Assembly (NCBI GenBank): GCA_965222375.1
Contig: CBDCTZ010000016.1
Coordinates: forward strand, 2,496,001-2,560,000
Direction: 5' to 3'
Source of the DNA: Polyangiaceae bacterium
Lineage (GTDB): Bacteria > Myxococcota_A > Polyangia > Polyangiales > Polyangiaceae
DNA: 64,000 nucleotides
The notes under the pieces are model-generated. The model was given only the letters and a program-made list of their open reading frames with translations. It made no database searches and had not been told where the DNA came from. Position numbers and translations under genes: made by a program. Below are positions 48,873 through 58,049 of this stretch, in pieces. The first letter of the stretch is position 1; each line of letters begins with the position of its first letter.

Positions 48873-49817
48873 TTAGAAAGGCACTGCCACCGAGACTCGG
48901 GCACTCTGGGTTCTCGTTGGGGCGGTTAGCACCAGTGTCACACCCGTCAACAAGCTGACTCCGGCTGCACCCGCGCTAACAAGAGAATAGGTCCTCAACT
49001 CGATCGCACGCTCCCGCTGCTCGACATCGCGACTCCCACCATCAACGAATTCGTCACGCGCATCAAGAGTCAGTACTCCCAAGACAACAGAAGTGATTCC
49101 AAGAACAACCCCAGCGCCCACGGCCACAAAGCCCGCTGTCTTTTGAGCGCCCAAGCCCCCCGTATTGGGGGTCGATTTCGGTTCCTCGGTGCCGGCTTGC
49201 GAAGGCGGAGGCCGGGACACTGTTCTTGCTTTCGGTTCTAGCAGGTCGCTCAGCGAGACCTCGTAGCTTTGTGTTGCTTCCAGCTCGAGACGCTTGGCCT
49301 TGCCGCCGCTGCTCAATCGTAAGAAATGCACGCCGGCTTGCGCGTGCAAAGTTGCGGGGAGACGCAGCCGTCGCGTGCCATCCAAGATGGCTTGAGCACC
49401 TACCGGCGCTGTCAGCGTCAAGTAGGCCAGCGAACGCCGCAGCTCGGCCAAAGCCTCTGTCGCTTCCTTGCGGCGGTCAGCGTCAAGGCCCTTGAGCGAA
49501 AGAGCCGTCTGGAAAGCGTCGGCGGCTCGATCTGGCGACCCCGCCTTGCGCCATGCCGTCGCGGCGTTGAAGAGGGAGTTTGGATCGGGACGCAGGCGGT
49601 GCGAAGCTTCAAAGCCTTCCGCCGCGACAACATAACGTCCTGCTTTGTAGGCGACGATCGCTCGATCAAAGTGGTGCCGAGCTAGCTCGGACCGCTGCTG
49701 CGGCGGTTTTCGGGCTGAGTCACCGAACGCCGGTGCCGCCAGCAGGAAGCCGCACTCCAGGGCGAGCAGGAAATAGAACCAAGTGCGTCGCAAAACTTCG
49801 AGCATGAACTCTAGCAC
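48873..49817 (-). CDS. TPR (plus PEGA-like) exported protein of the myxobacterial kinase-associated type
   Basis: ARHHFDRAIVAYKAGRY...LFNAATAWRKAG; C-terminal hydrophobic helices ending in F. Confidence 0.8.
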   Translation of the reverse strand: MLEFMLEVLRRTWFYFLLALECGFLLAAPAFGDSARKPPQQRSELARHHFDRAIVAYKAGRYVVAAEGFEASHRLRPDPNSLFNAATAWRKAGSPDRAADAFQTALSLKGLDADRRKEATEALAELRRSLAYLTLTAPVGAQAILDGTRRLRLPATLHAQAGVHFLRLSSGGKAKRLELEATQSYEVSLSDLLEPKARTVSRPPPSQAGTEEPKSTPNTGGLGAQKTAGFVAVGAGVVLGITSVVLGVLTLDARDEFVDGGSRDVEQRERAIELRTYSLVSAGAAGVSLLTGVTLVLTAPTRTQSARVSVAVPF

Positions 49818-49970
49818 GGAGCTATTACGTGTGCGTACCGATCAGGCGAAGAGTTTGGCAAGAGGCTCCCTAACCTCCCCGAGCTTGGACGGGCTTCCAG
49901 CCGTCGATGTCGCCCTGGCAATGCCATCGTTGGAGGCTCCTTACCGTCATGAACGACAGACTGCAGCTAC

Positions 49971-50861
49971 CTACTTTGATGCCCAACGAGCATTCAGGTA
50001 GTCGTCGACTTGCACTGCAACCTCTTCATCGAGCAGGCCGCGAACGAAAATCACCTCGTACAAGTCTCCGGAAAAAGGTCCAATTGGCTGTTGCGATGAA
50101 GTGAAAGATGCGCCAATCAGACTTGCCAGCTTGAGCGAATCGGTGGCGACCAGCAAACTAGGACGGGCGGTAGTTGCATCAGGCAGTTTTTGAACTCCGC
50201 CGACAAAGATCGAGATCTTCGCCGCCGCCTTACGAACCCTTAGTATGTGAACCTTGTCTTTCGCTAGCGAGCCGGTGGACACCTCGGCGCTGAGTTTCGT
50301 GCTCCCGTCGAGAGCCGCGGCTACGAAACTTGCCGTCTCGTAGTCGGAGCGCACCTGCAGAGCCGGAAGGCCAGCGCCAGCGTGGATAGTAAACAGGTTG
50401 CCGGTTCCTACGGCAACGGTCTTGGGGATGGCGGTGACCAACCACAGATTTAGATGCTGGTCGGTCACATCAACCAGGTCCTGACCCGCGGGCCCGTTCA
50501 GATGCTGCTGCGCGGTGGCGCTGAAAGTCACTTTTTCGGAGTTCCAAATGGGCTTCCAGGTCGACTTCAGCTGCAGGCAGTGGTTTTGCGCTAGAGAAAG
50601 GTCGGACCACTTGCTGACCTTGCTCTGGTCTAGTTCAAAATGGGACGGGGCACTGGCATCCAACCACAAACGCAGACCCGGGAGCTTGGCTGGCGTCCAA
50701 GGGTTTTCCTCGCTGGCCTCGGAAGCCTCCGCGACCTCAGCAGGCGCGTCCTTCAAGCTAGCGTCTGAGGCGTCAGCGGGTTCGTCCGTCGCCACCGGGG
50801 GAATGTCGCAGGACGATAGAGCCAACGCCATTGCAAGGACAGCAAGTGACGACCGCAGCAT
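49971..50861 (-). CDS. LamG/concanavalin-like lipoprotein
   Basis: Lipobox LSSC; WTPAKLPGLRLWLDAS...VSKWSDLS and FSGDLYEVIFV...YLNARW. Confidence 0.8.
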   Translation of the reverse strand: MLRSSLAVLAMALALSSCDIPPVATDEPADASDASLKDAPAEVAEASEASEENPWTPAKLPGLRLWLDASAPSHFELDQSKVSKWSDLSLAQNHCLQLKSTWKPIWNSEKVTFSATAQQHLNGPAGQDLVDVTDQHLNLWLVTAIPKTVAVGTGNLFTIHAGAGLPALQVRSDYETASFVAAALDGSTKLSAEVSTGSLAKDKVHILRVRKAAAKISIFVGGVQKLPDATTARPSLLVATDSLKLASLIGASFTSSQQPIGPFSGDLYEVIFVRGLLDEEVAVQVDDYLNARWASK

Positions 50862-50945
50862 CGGGTCAATAGTAGGTGCCGAAGGAGCTTTCTCCAAGGC
50901 GGCGGCGCGTCAACAAGCAGGTTCTTGGATTTTTCGAGGCCGTCC

Positions 50946-50985
50946 GGTGACCCCCGAGGTCACTCCACGGTGACCTGCCGTGTCG
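50946..50985. promoter_or_regulatory. Putative enhancer: two tandem TGAC-N7-GTC(A/G) palindromes
   Basis: ggTGACccccgagGTCActccacggTGACctgccgtGTCG. Confidence 0.65.
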
Positions 50986-51027
50986 TCGCTCTCCCAGCAA
51001 CATCCGCAAGAACGTCAGCGGCGTTAG

Positions 51028-51043
51028 CGGCACAAACCTTGCT
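51028..51043 (+). promoter_or_regulatory. Sigma54 promoter for the second beta-helix gene
   Basis: CGGCACAAACCTTGCT, near-consensus -24/-12 with exact N10 spacing. Confidence 0.8.
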
Positions 51044-51138
51044 GGTCCAATCGGGGAGACGGCCCTTTCGGCGAGCACGTTTGAGTGCTCACCAAGGGTA
51101 GCTCACTGCAGAGTCACATTCCCTGGAGACCTGGATCA

Positions 51139-52956
51139 ATGAAAAAGAAGACAAGCAAGATCTTGGCCGCCCCTGCAGTTATCGTTCTCAGTTGCGCAGT
51201 GGGCTGCGGAGCGGAGTCGGGTTCGCCGTTGGACGGCAACGCGGGTCAGGCTGGCACGGGTACAGGCGGAGACGCGGGCAGAGGCGGCGCCGCGGGACAG
51301 ACGGGAACCGGCGGCAACGCTGGTGCTGGCGGAAATGCCAGCCAAACTGGAGTTGACCCCTACAAGGAACTAGAACAACTCCACGTCAACGGGGAAGCCG
51401 CAAACACGAGTGACTCCAATCCCGGAACCAAGGACAAACCCCTGGCCACGGTTTCCGAAGGGCTGAGCCGAGCCGTGAAGAACCGGGGCGGCGGCAAAGG
51501 CACGCGCGTGTGGATTCATCCCGGGGTCTATCGTGAAACCGTCAAGGGAAACTACTCAGCGGCAAGTGGCGGCAAGCTCATCGTCTTGCAAGCGACGGAT
51601 GCCAACAAGGCCAGGATCGCGGGATCCGATTACTTCACTGGCTGGAAGAAGGACGCCGGGATCTACAGCCACACCTGGACCCAGGATTGGTTCACGAAGG
51701 AGTGCAGTGGTGGTTCAGGGAAAGAGGCGTGCAACCCCAACCCGGGTTCCCTGAGTGGGCTCGGAGTTCGCCGCGAGCTGGTCTTCATTGACGGCAAATT
51801 GCTAGACCCGCAGAAAACGCTGGCCGATACGCAGAAGAACGCCGCAAGCTTCTATGTCGATGAGCAAGCGGACAAGCTCTACCTGAACCCACCTAGCGGC
51901 GTGACCCCTGACAAGGCACTTGTCGAAGTCGGCATGCGTGAGCGGCTTCTAGAAGTCCGAGGGCTGAGTGATCTGGTGCTCAAGGGGCTGACCTTTGAGC
52001 ACGCCGTTACCAAGCAAAAAAGCACCGAAGGTGCGGTGAGGCTCGCCGACCAAGACAACGTTCTGATCGAGGACTGCCAGATCGTGCACAACAGCTGGGA
52101 TGGCCTCGGGCTTGCTAGCACGAAGGGGCTTGTGATCCGTAGGAGCAAGATTAACCACAACGGTTTCAACGGTCTGGCTGCCCATATCATCGAAGACACG
52201 CTGATTGAGGACACCGAGGCGTCGTTCAACAACTGGCGCGGCGGCAAGCTCGGTGGCCTCTATGGCTGGTCAGTAGGAAACAAGATCCTAAAAAGCCGCA
52301 AGCTACTGGTCCGGCGAATGACGGCCAATGACAACGATACCCACGGTCTATGGCTCGACTACGACCACGAAGATACCGTAGTCGAAGACTCGGAGTTTTG
52401 TCGCAATCGCGAAGCCGGGATCATCACCGAAGCCAATCAAGGCCCCATCGTCATTCGTGGCAACAAGCTCTGCGAGAACGGCAGCGGTCTGCAGACCCGT
52501 GAAACACACAAGCTCGACGTCCTCAACAACACCTTCACTGACAACTTGGTCGGAGTTCAGATCACCGGACAAGTCAGTCGCCCGGTCCGCGAGTTCGAAA
52601 CTTGCCAGAAAGGAGAGGAGAACAACTGCAACTGCGGCAAGACCAAGTGTATTCTGCCATCGGGTTGCGTATGCTACCGACTCAGCAACCGCAACTGGAA
52701 CGTCAAAGGAAACTCGGTAACCGGCACGGGCGACGGAAAGACCCAGAACAATGACAGTGACAAATTGATCTGGGGCTCCCTTAAAGAAGACGAGATAAAG
52801 GCGTTGTTTGAGAGTTCCGTCTGGGAGAACAACACGTACTTCCACACCCACGGCGAGGGCGTGTTCTACGTCGCCGGTTGCGGGTACTGGTCAACGCTCT
52901 CAAGTTGGCAAAGCTGCACCGGAGCGGACAAGTCATCGGTCTGGAAGAAACCGTAG
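51139..52956 (+). CDS. Right-handed beta-helix lipoprotein (polysaccharide lyase-like)
   Basis: Lipobox AVGC; SDSNPGTKDKPLATV...HPGVYRE; HGLWLD and repeated NxxxxN-G turns. Confidence 0.85.
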   Translation: MKKKTSKILAAPAVIVLSCAVGCGAESGSPLDGNAGQAGTGTGGDAGRGGAAGQTGTGGNAGAGGNASQTGVDPYKELEQLHVNGEAANTSDSNPGTKDKPLATVSEGLSRAVKNRGGGKGTRVWIHPGVYRETVKGNYSAASGGKLIVLQATDANKARIAGSDYFTGWKKDAGIYSHTWTQDWFTKECSGGSGKEACNPNPGSLSGLGVRRELVFIDGKLLDPQKTLADTQKNAASFYVDEQADKLYLNPPSGVTPDKALVEVGMRERLLEVRGLSDLVLKGLTFEHAVTKQKSTEGAVRLADQDNVLIEDCQIVHNSWDGLGLASTKGLVIRRSKINHNGFNGLAAHIIEDTLIEDTEASFNNWRGGKLGGLYGWSVGNKILKSRKLLVRRMTANDNDTHGLWLDYDHEDTVVEDSEFCRNREAGIITEANQGPIVIRGNKLCENGSGLQTRETHKLDVLNNTFTDNLVGVQITGQVSRPVREFETCQKGEENNCNCGKTKCILPSGCVCYRLSNRNWNVKGNSVTGTGDGKTQNNDSDKLIWGSLKEDEIKALFESSVWENNTYFHTHGEGVFYVAGCGYWSTLSSWQSCTGADKSSVWKKP

Positions 52957-53071
52957 GCCCATCAACCAGTGACCCCTCCCGGGTGACGCATGGACGTTCG
53001 AAGTGCTGTTGGCGTCACTTGAGCGTGCCATAGCAGCTGGTCCCGCGCCGCTCGCAAACGGAATCAAGACC

Positions 53072-53614
53072 ATGAAGAGGGCCGCGATGGGGGGCGCAAT
53101 CCTAATGTTGACCAGTTCCAGCCTGGGCCAGGCAGCGCGCAACAGCACAGCGACGCCCTCCTCCGTCACCGTGGTCGCGGGCGCTGGATTGGGCGGGGGC
53201 AGCAAGCGCCTGGGCCCCATCCATGTGGCGGCGTCGTTGGATTCACACGTCTGGCTCGGCGAACTGGTCGGCATATCTGCGGGCGCCATCTTTCACAGTT
53301 CCGGCGCTCCCGATTCGCGCGGCGCAGGTGGACACTTCTATTCGGGAGCGCTGAGCCTTCGAACCAACTCTTCCGATGCCACAAGCTACGGCTTTATCAG
53401 CCTCGGCGCGGGCCTGCTCCACAACGACGGCTACGACCACGCTCATCACATCGAGGAAACGAGCTTTGATCAGCGAGGCTTGGGTTGGTCCGCCCAGGCC
53501 GGGGGCTTCAAACGCGGTCACTTCTTGGCTGCCGGGTGCGCACTGCAGGCCTACGGAAATCTCGACGGCAGCTTGGCGATAATGCCAAAGTTGCTGCTGG
53601 GTATCGATTGGTAG
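53072..53614 (+). CDS. Hypothetical exported beta-strand-rich protein, outer-membrane-barrel-like
   Basis: Signal peptide, alternating amphipathic strands, C-terminal aromatic residue (LGIDW). Confidence 0.55.
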   Translation: MKRAAMGGAILMLTSSSLGQAARNSTATPSSVTVVAGAGLGGGSKRLGPIHVAASLDSHVWLGELVGISAGAIFHSSGAPDSRGAGGHFYSGALSLRTNSSDATSYGFISLGAGLLHNDGYDHAHHIEETSFDQRGLGWSAQAGGFKRGHFLAAGCALQAYGNLDGSLAIMPKLLLGIDW

Positions 53615-53764
53615 CCGCTTGCCTCGCTCTCGAGTTTGGCGAGAGACTCGACCAGCGGCTCAAGGAACGTGGTGCTCCAGCCCGTGATGACGTCGCATAT
53701 CCCCGCTGTCAGCCGCGCTCCGGCGTGCTGCGTGCGAGCAGCTTCCGGGGCCCAACCCTGTTGT

Positions 53765-53815
53765 GGTGACCCCCTAGGTCATCCGTCCCGCGTCGTGGTG
53801 CCCGTTTGTGTCACC
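53765..53815. promoter_or_regulatory. Putative enhancer: TGAC-N7-GTCA plus TGCC-N7-GTCA
   Basis: ggTGACcccctagGTCAt (16/18 identical to 50946-50963) and ggTGCCcgtttgtGTCAcc. Confidence 0.65.
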
Positions 53816-53858
53816 AGATCTCGTACGCGCGTAGAGAGCAACAGCTGGCAAGGTCCGG

Positions 53859-53874
53859 CGGCATGATCCATGCA
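53859..53874 (+). promoter_or_regulatory. Sigma54 promoter for the third beta-helix gene
   Basis: CGGCATGATCCATGCA = GG-N10-GC. Confidence 0.65.
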
Positions 53875-53926
53875 CTCTCAACCGCCGATGAAAGCGACCT
53901 ACATGCGATCCAGTACTCGGCCCCAG

Positions 53927-55444
53927 ATGCCGCTTCCCCTGTGCCTGGGTATGATCTCCGCGCTTGGTTTCTTCTTGCTTGCCAGCTCGGGAACGGCATG
54001 CAGTTCCCACGTCGGCGAGCAACAGCCTAGCTCTGGGGGGGCAGCCGCCAAGGGGTCGGGAGGCGCTGGAACAGCCGGCACCAGCGCGGGTGGCGCAAGC
54101 GGTCAAGGGGCAGGCGGTCAGGGGGCAGGCGGTCAGGGGATGGCAGGAGCCACGGGTTGCTCACCCGAATCCCTGGACAACGCCGGCATTCAAGCACCCG
54201 TCGAGGCGGGGGCTATCAAGCGAACCATCTGCAAAAGTGGTTGCGATTACTCGACGATCAAGGCTGCGTTCGCCGCGGCCAAGCCTGGATGGACCCTTCA
54301 GCTACGGGCAGGCACCTACAAAGAGCGCGTCTACCTAACCAAGACGTGGGGAGCAGAGGGCAAACCGATCAGCTTGGTAGCCTATCCAGGCGAAGCGCCG
54401 GTGTGGGATAATTCCAAAGACCCGTCTTTGGAGAGCCAGCTCACCGTAGTGACGAGCGGGTGGCTCTTGGTCGACGGCATCACGTTTCGCAATTCGTTTA
54501 GAAGCTCGATCGATATCTGGGACGGCTCCGGGCACATCACAATCCAGAACTGCCGAATCGAGAACTCACAGGCAATGGGGATGTTCGTCGTGAACAGCAA
54601 CCACATTCTCATTCAGAAGAACAGCTTCATCAACAATGGAACACTGACCGGGAAGCTCCATTTCAAGAACGGACATCCGATCAAACATCATATCTATATC
54701 TCGCATTCAGATCGCCCAAGCCCACATACTTGCACCGGAGTCGACAGCGTCACGATCAGGAACAACTGGCTCGAACGCACGGAAGGAATGGGCGTACATG
54801 TCAATGGCCTTAGTTGCGTCAAGAAGAACTCGCCCAAGAAGATAAGGAAGCTAGTCTTTGCGAACAACATCGTAGTCGACGGATCGAGTGGCTTCAGCCT
54901 ACACGGCGGGATCACCGAGAGTCGCTACGTCAACAACACCATTATCCTAAGGACTTGGTTGAAGCCAACCCTCAGCCGCCCCTCCGCAATGATCTTGAAT
55001 GCTCAGGTGACCAAGACAATCGTTGCGAACAATATCTTTTATACATCCGCGAGCGACGGTGCCAAGGTCCACGGCTATTGGTCCTGGAACAGTAGCGGCT
55101 TTAGCGACAACGCAATAAACTACAACCTCTATCGACTCACCAACACCGAGTACAGCTTGGGGGGCAGCGTGTTCAAGAAGGACTTTGAGCACAACTTTAG
55201 CAATGAGACCGGATACGGAACCAAAGACCTATGTTGCAATGTGGACCCCCGATTCGTCAATGTTCCAACCAGCGCGCCTTCATCACCACAAGGGCCGGGC
55301 AAGCTAGACGTAGCGCTCAAGGCAGGCTCACCTGCGATTGATGCAGCCAATCCGATTCATTGCCCGGAGATTGACTTCAGGGGCATTCCGCGTACATGCG
55401 GAGGCGTTTGCGACCTAGGCGCGATGGAGCGGATGGCGGAATAA
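53927..55444 (+). CDS. Beta-helix lipoprotein with C-terminal choice-of-anchor-Q-like motif
   Basis: YSTIKAA...LRAGTYKE...LVAYPGE; DPRFVN...LKAGSPAIDAA...DFRGIPR...DLGAME; start uncertain (53888-53927). Confidence 0.82.
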   Translation: MPLPLCLGMISALGFFLLASSGTACSSHVGEQQPSSGGAAAKGSGGAGTAGTSAGGASGQGAGGQGAGGQGMAGATGCSPESLDNAGIQAPVEAGAIKRTICKSGCDYSTIKAAFAAAKPGWTLQLRAGTYKERVYLTKTWGAEGKPISLVAYPGEAPVWDNSKDPSLESQLTVVTSGWLLVDGITFRNSFRSSIDIWDGSGHITIQNCRIENSQAMGMFVVNSNHILIQKNSFINNGTLTGKLHFKNGHPIKHHIYISHSDRPSPHTCTGVDSVTIRNNWLERTEGMGVHVNGLSCVKKNSPKKIRKLVFANNIVVDGSSGFSLHGGITESRYVNNTIILRTWLKPTLSRPSAMILNAQVTKTIVANNIFYTSASDGAKVHGYWSWNSSGFSDNAINYNLYRLTNTEYSLGGSVFKKDFEHNFSNETGYGTKDLCCNVDPRFVNVPTSAPSSPQGPGKLDVALKAGSPAIDAANPIHCPEIDFRGIPRTCGGVCDLGAMERMAE

Positions 55445-55747
55445 CAAGCCGGGAGAGGGACGAAGGTCCAATCACGCTCCTGCAAGGTGCACACCTCGCC
55501 CGTACGTCGTTCCAATCCACGATCATGGGTGCACCGGGAGTGGCATCCTCTACATTGCGATGGAGGTACTCGAGGGCCGATCCTGAACCAGAGCGCAAGG
55601 TGATCTTGGTCTTTGTCCAAGAAGCCGCTGCAGGTCGCTACCGGCAGCGGTGACCAACTGGTGGGCGGCGGCACCGGCGGTTCTGCCGGCGAGCCAATTT
55701 CCACATACTCCTGTTGGAAAACCGGATCACCGGGCCCTCGAGCTGGG

Positions 55748-56986
55748 TTAGCGCGCACCAGTACGCGAGCGGCGTTGCCGACCCTTGGGCAGCGCGAGCC
55801 TCACCGAGTCATAGCCATAGCGCTCTCGGATCCCGTCGACGGTGCGATGCAGGGACTCGTGGTCGGCAAATAGCGGCAGCTGTTCGTCGTAAAAGCCGAG
55901 ATTCGACAGTGCTAGCCCCAGCAGCCGGATTGGCATGCGCCGAGTTCGCGCGCGTCGAAACATGTCGCTGACCACCGGATAGAGCTCGAGCTCCGAGTGG
56001 GTGGGGGTCAGGGTCTTGCTGCGATTCAAGGTCCGAAAGTCCGCGTAGCGGAGTTTGAGGCTCACCGTGCGCGCCTTGATGCCCCGCTTGCGCGCGCGCC
56101 AGCAGACGCGTTCACACAAGGAGCACAGCATGCCCTCGATGCTGTTGGGGTCGGAAACATCTTCGCGGAAAGTGCGTTCGTTCGAGATGCTCCCCACCAA
56201 CTGGCCCTCGGGATCGTACTCCTGAAACGCCGGGCGTTCGCGACCGAACTTGCTGGTGCCTTCTCCAAGCGCACCCCGCTGCATCTTCTCGCAAAAGGCT
56301 CCGAAGATGCGCCGCACCTTGGCTCCGGGCGCTCGGGCCAGTTGCCCCAAGGTTTCGACACCGATTTCGGCGAGCTTGCGCTCGGCCACAGGACCGATGC
56401 CAGGAAACTTGCGGACCGACAGGGGTGCCAGCGTGGTCCGCTCCGCGCCTGCGGGCACCAAGAGCACCCCAGCTGGCTTCGCGAGTCCGCTGGCAATCTT
56501 GGCCATCTGGCGGCTCGTTCCGATCCCGGCGCTGGCGGGCAGCCCCCACTGAGCGGCGATGTCTCCGGTCAGCTGGCGCACGGTGCGTTCGATGGTGGCG
56601 TCGGCGTTGCCGTCGCCGGGTTTGGCGTAGAGGTTCTCGCAGCCCGCGAAGTCGATGTACATCTCGTCGATGCTGGCGGCCTGCACCACCGGGCTGTAGT
56701 TCGAGGCGATTTCCCGAACCCGTTTGGAGTACTTGCTGTACTCGCCGTGTCGCGTCGGCAGGAAAACGGCGTGGGGTGCCAGTTCGTAGGCTTTGGTCAG
56801 CGACATGCCCGAGCGCACGCCAAACTCCCGTACCTCATAACTACAGGCGGTCACGACTCCTCGCTGACCGGCGTGGCCACCGACCACCACCGGCTTACCG
56901 ACGAGGCTCGGGTCGAAGAGGCGCTCCACGGACACGAAGAAGGTATCCAGATCGAGACAGCAGATCCGAGGCGCCGCGCGAGTCAT
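55748..56986 (-). CDS. dinB: DNA polymerase IV (Y family)
   Basis: LDLDTFFVSVE, RGVVTACSYEVREFGVRSGM, SIDE, AKIASGLAKPAG, SISNERTF, KLRYADF. Confidence 0.96.
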   Translation of the reverse strand: MTRAAPRICCLDLDTFFVSVERLFDPSLVGKPVVVGGHAGQRGVVTACSYEVREFGVRSGMSLTKAYELAPHAVFLPTRHGEYSKYSKRVREIASNYSPVVQAASIDEMYIDFAGCENLYAKPGDGNADATIERTVRQLTGDIAAQWGLPASAGIGTSRQMAKIASGLAKPAGVLLVPAGAERTTLAPLSVRKFPGIGPVAERKLAEIGVETLGQLARAPGAKVRRIFGAFCEKMQRGALGEGTSKFGRERPAFQEYDPEGQLVGSISNERTFREDVSDPNSIEGMLCSLCERVCWRARKRGIKARTVSLKLRYADFRTLNRSKTLTPTHSELELYPVVSDMFRRARTRRMPIRLLGLALSNLGFYDEQLPLFADHESLHRTVDGIRERYGYDSVRLALPKGRQRRSRTGAR

Positions 56987-56998
56987 GGCGGGTCGACC

Positions 56999-57027
56999 AG
57001 GGTATACTGAACGAATATTTAGTTCAA
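56999..57027 (-). promoter_or_regulatory. dinB sigma70-type promoter with an overlapping LexA (SOS) box
   Basis: Minus strand TTGAAC-N17-TACCCT; CTAAATATTCGTTCAGT matches 15/17 of the Myxococcus xanthus LexA consensus CTRHAMRYBYGTTCAGS. Confidence 0.75.
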
Positions 57028-57269
57028 GGGATCGGGGGTTTTTTGGGGTCGAGAGCTGGGTCGGGCTGGGGCCCTACTCCCGAGGCTGCGGCACGCGGCT
57101 CGGTCGATTCGAAGCGTCGGAGGTGGCTGAGACCGAAGGCGTGGACGTGCAGCTCACCACCGGCGGATTGCGCGGTTGCGCGTCCCTGAGCGGGTCTGGG
57201 GCCGCTCCGACCCAGCTCTGGTTTTGTGGTGGCGCTCACGCCGGCGTCATGGTGGGGCAGGGAGTTGGT

Positions 57270-57530
57270 GTGGCAGGTTATGTGACGGTGACCGGCCTCC
57301 ACGACGGAACCAATGTCGACGTGCGCGTCGGATCCAAGGAGTTAGTGCTAGCCGGTGGTGGCATCAGTGGCACCGGCGCAGGCGGTGTCGTCTCGTTTCC
57401 GATCAGCAAAGGGGAGGTGGTCCGCCTGGTAGGCACCCCCGAGACGGATCTGGCACTTTGGTGAAGGCGACCAAGCCGGTACAGGTCATGACCGGAGTAC
57501 CGCATATTTACCTGCCTTTCGATCTGGGAT
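57270..57530 (+). pseudogene. Frameshifted fragment of an IgGFc-binding-domain protein
   Basis: YVTVTGLHDGTNVDV...GEVVRLVG...DL continues in another frame as SGTLVKATKPVQVMTG; no proper start or end. Confidence 0.65.
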
Positions 57531-57608
57531 CTTCCTCCACTGCCCCCGGTCAGATAGGGGACGCTCGGGTGGCTGGTTGCGTTTGCTGCGATGCGGTAGT
57601 CGGGGTGG

Positions 57609-58049
57609 ATGTCTCGCTTGCAGCCATCCACGGAGCTTCCGTGGAGTCTCCGACGCTCCACGGGCGAACGATTGGGCCGGATCTGGCCCATCTCCGAGCA
57701 GCTGAACTTTGGCGCGCTCCGCTTTCACCGTGAGCTTCTGCCGAAGGGCCACCGCTCTTCACCTCCCCATCGCCATTCCGCTCGTGAAGAGGTCGTCTAC
57801 GTTCTGCGTGGTCATCCGTCGGTGTGGCAGGACGGTGACCGCTCGCGCCTCAGCCCCGGCGACGTGATGGGGTTCGCGCCCGGCGGGGGCTTCCACATGG
57901 TGTTCAATGATTCCGATGACGATGTCGAGCTACTCGTCGCGAGTGCCGTGAGCGGAGAGGACCGCGTCGATTTTTGCCCGGAGGATCCCTGGGAACCCGT
58001 CGAAGGAGATCCGTCGAGGTCAGAACTGCCCGACGATGCCCAAACCTAA
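57609..58049 (+). CDS. Cupin-domain protein
   Basis: LLPKGHRSSPPHRHSAREEVVYVLRG...LSPGDVMGF...HMVFN. Confidence 0.88.
   Translation: MSRLQPSTELPWSLRRSTGERLGRIWPISEQLNFGALRFHRELLPKGHRSSPPHRHSAREEVVYVLRGHPSVWQDGDRSRLSPGDVMGFAPGGGFHMVFNDSDDDVELLVASAVSGEDRVDFCPEDPWEPVEGDPSRSELPDDAQT

Noticed and set aside
55450..55745. Short minus-strand ORFs (55357..55758, 55377..55598)
   Set aside because: They look like frameshifted debris at the island edge; no family could be recognised, so they are not annotated as genes
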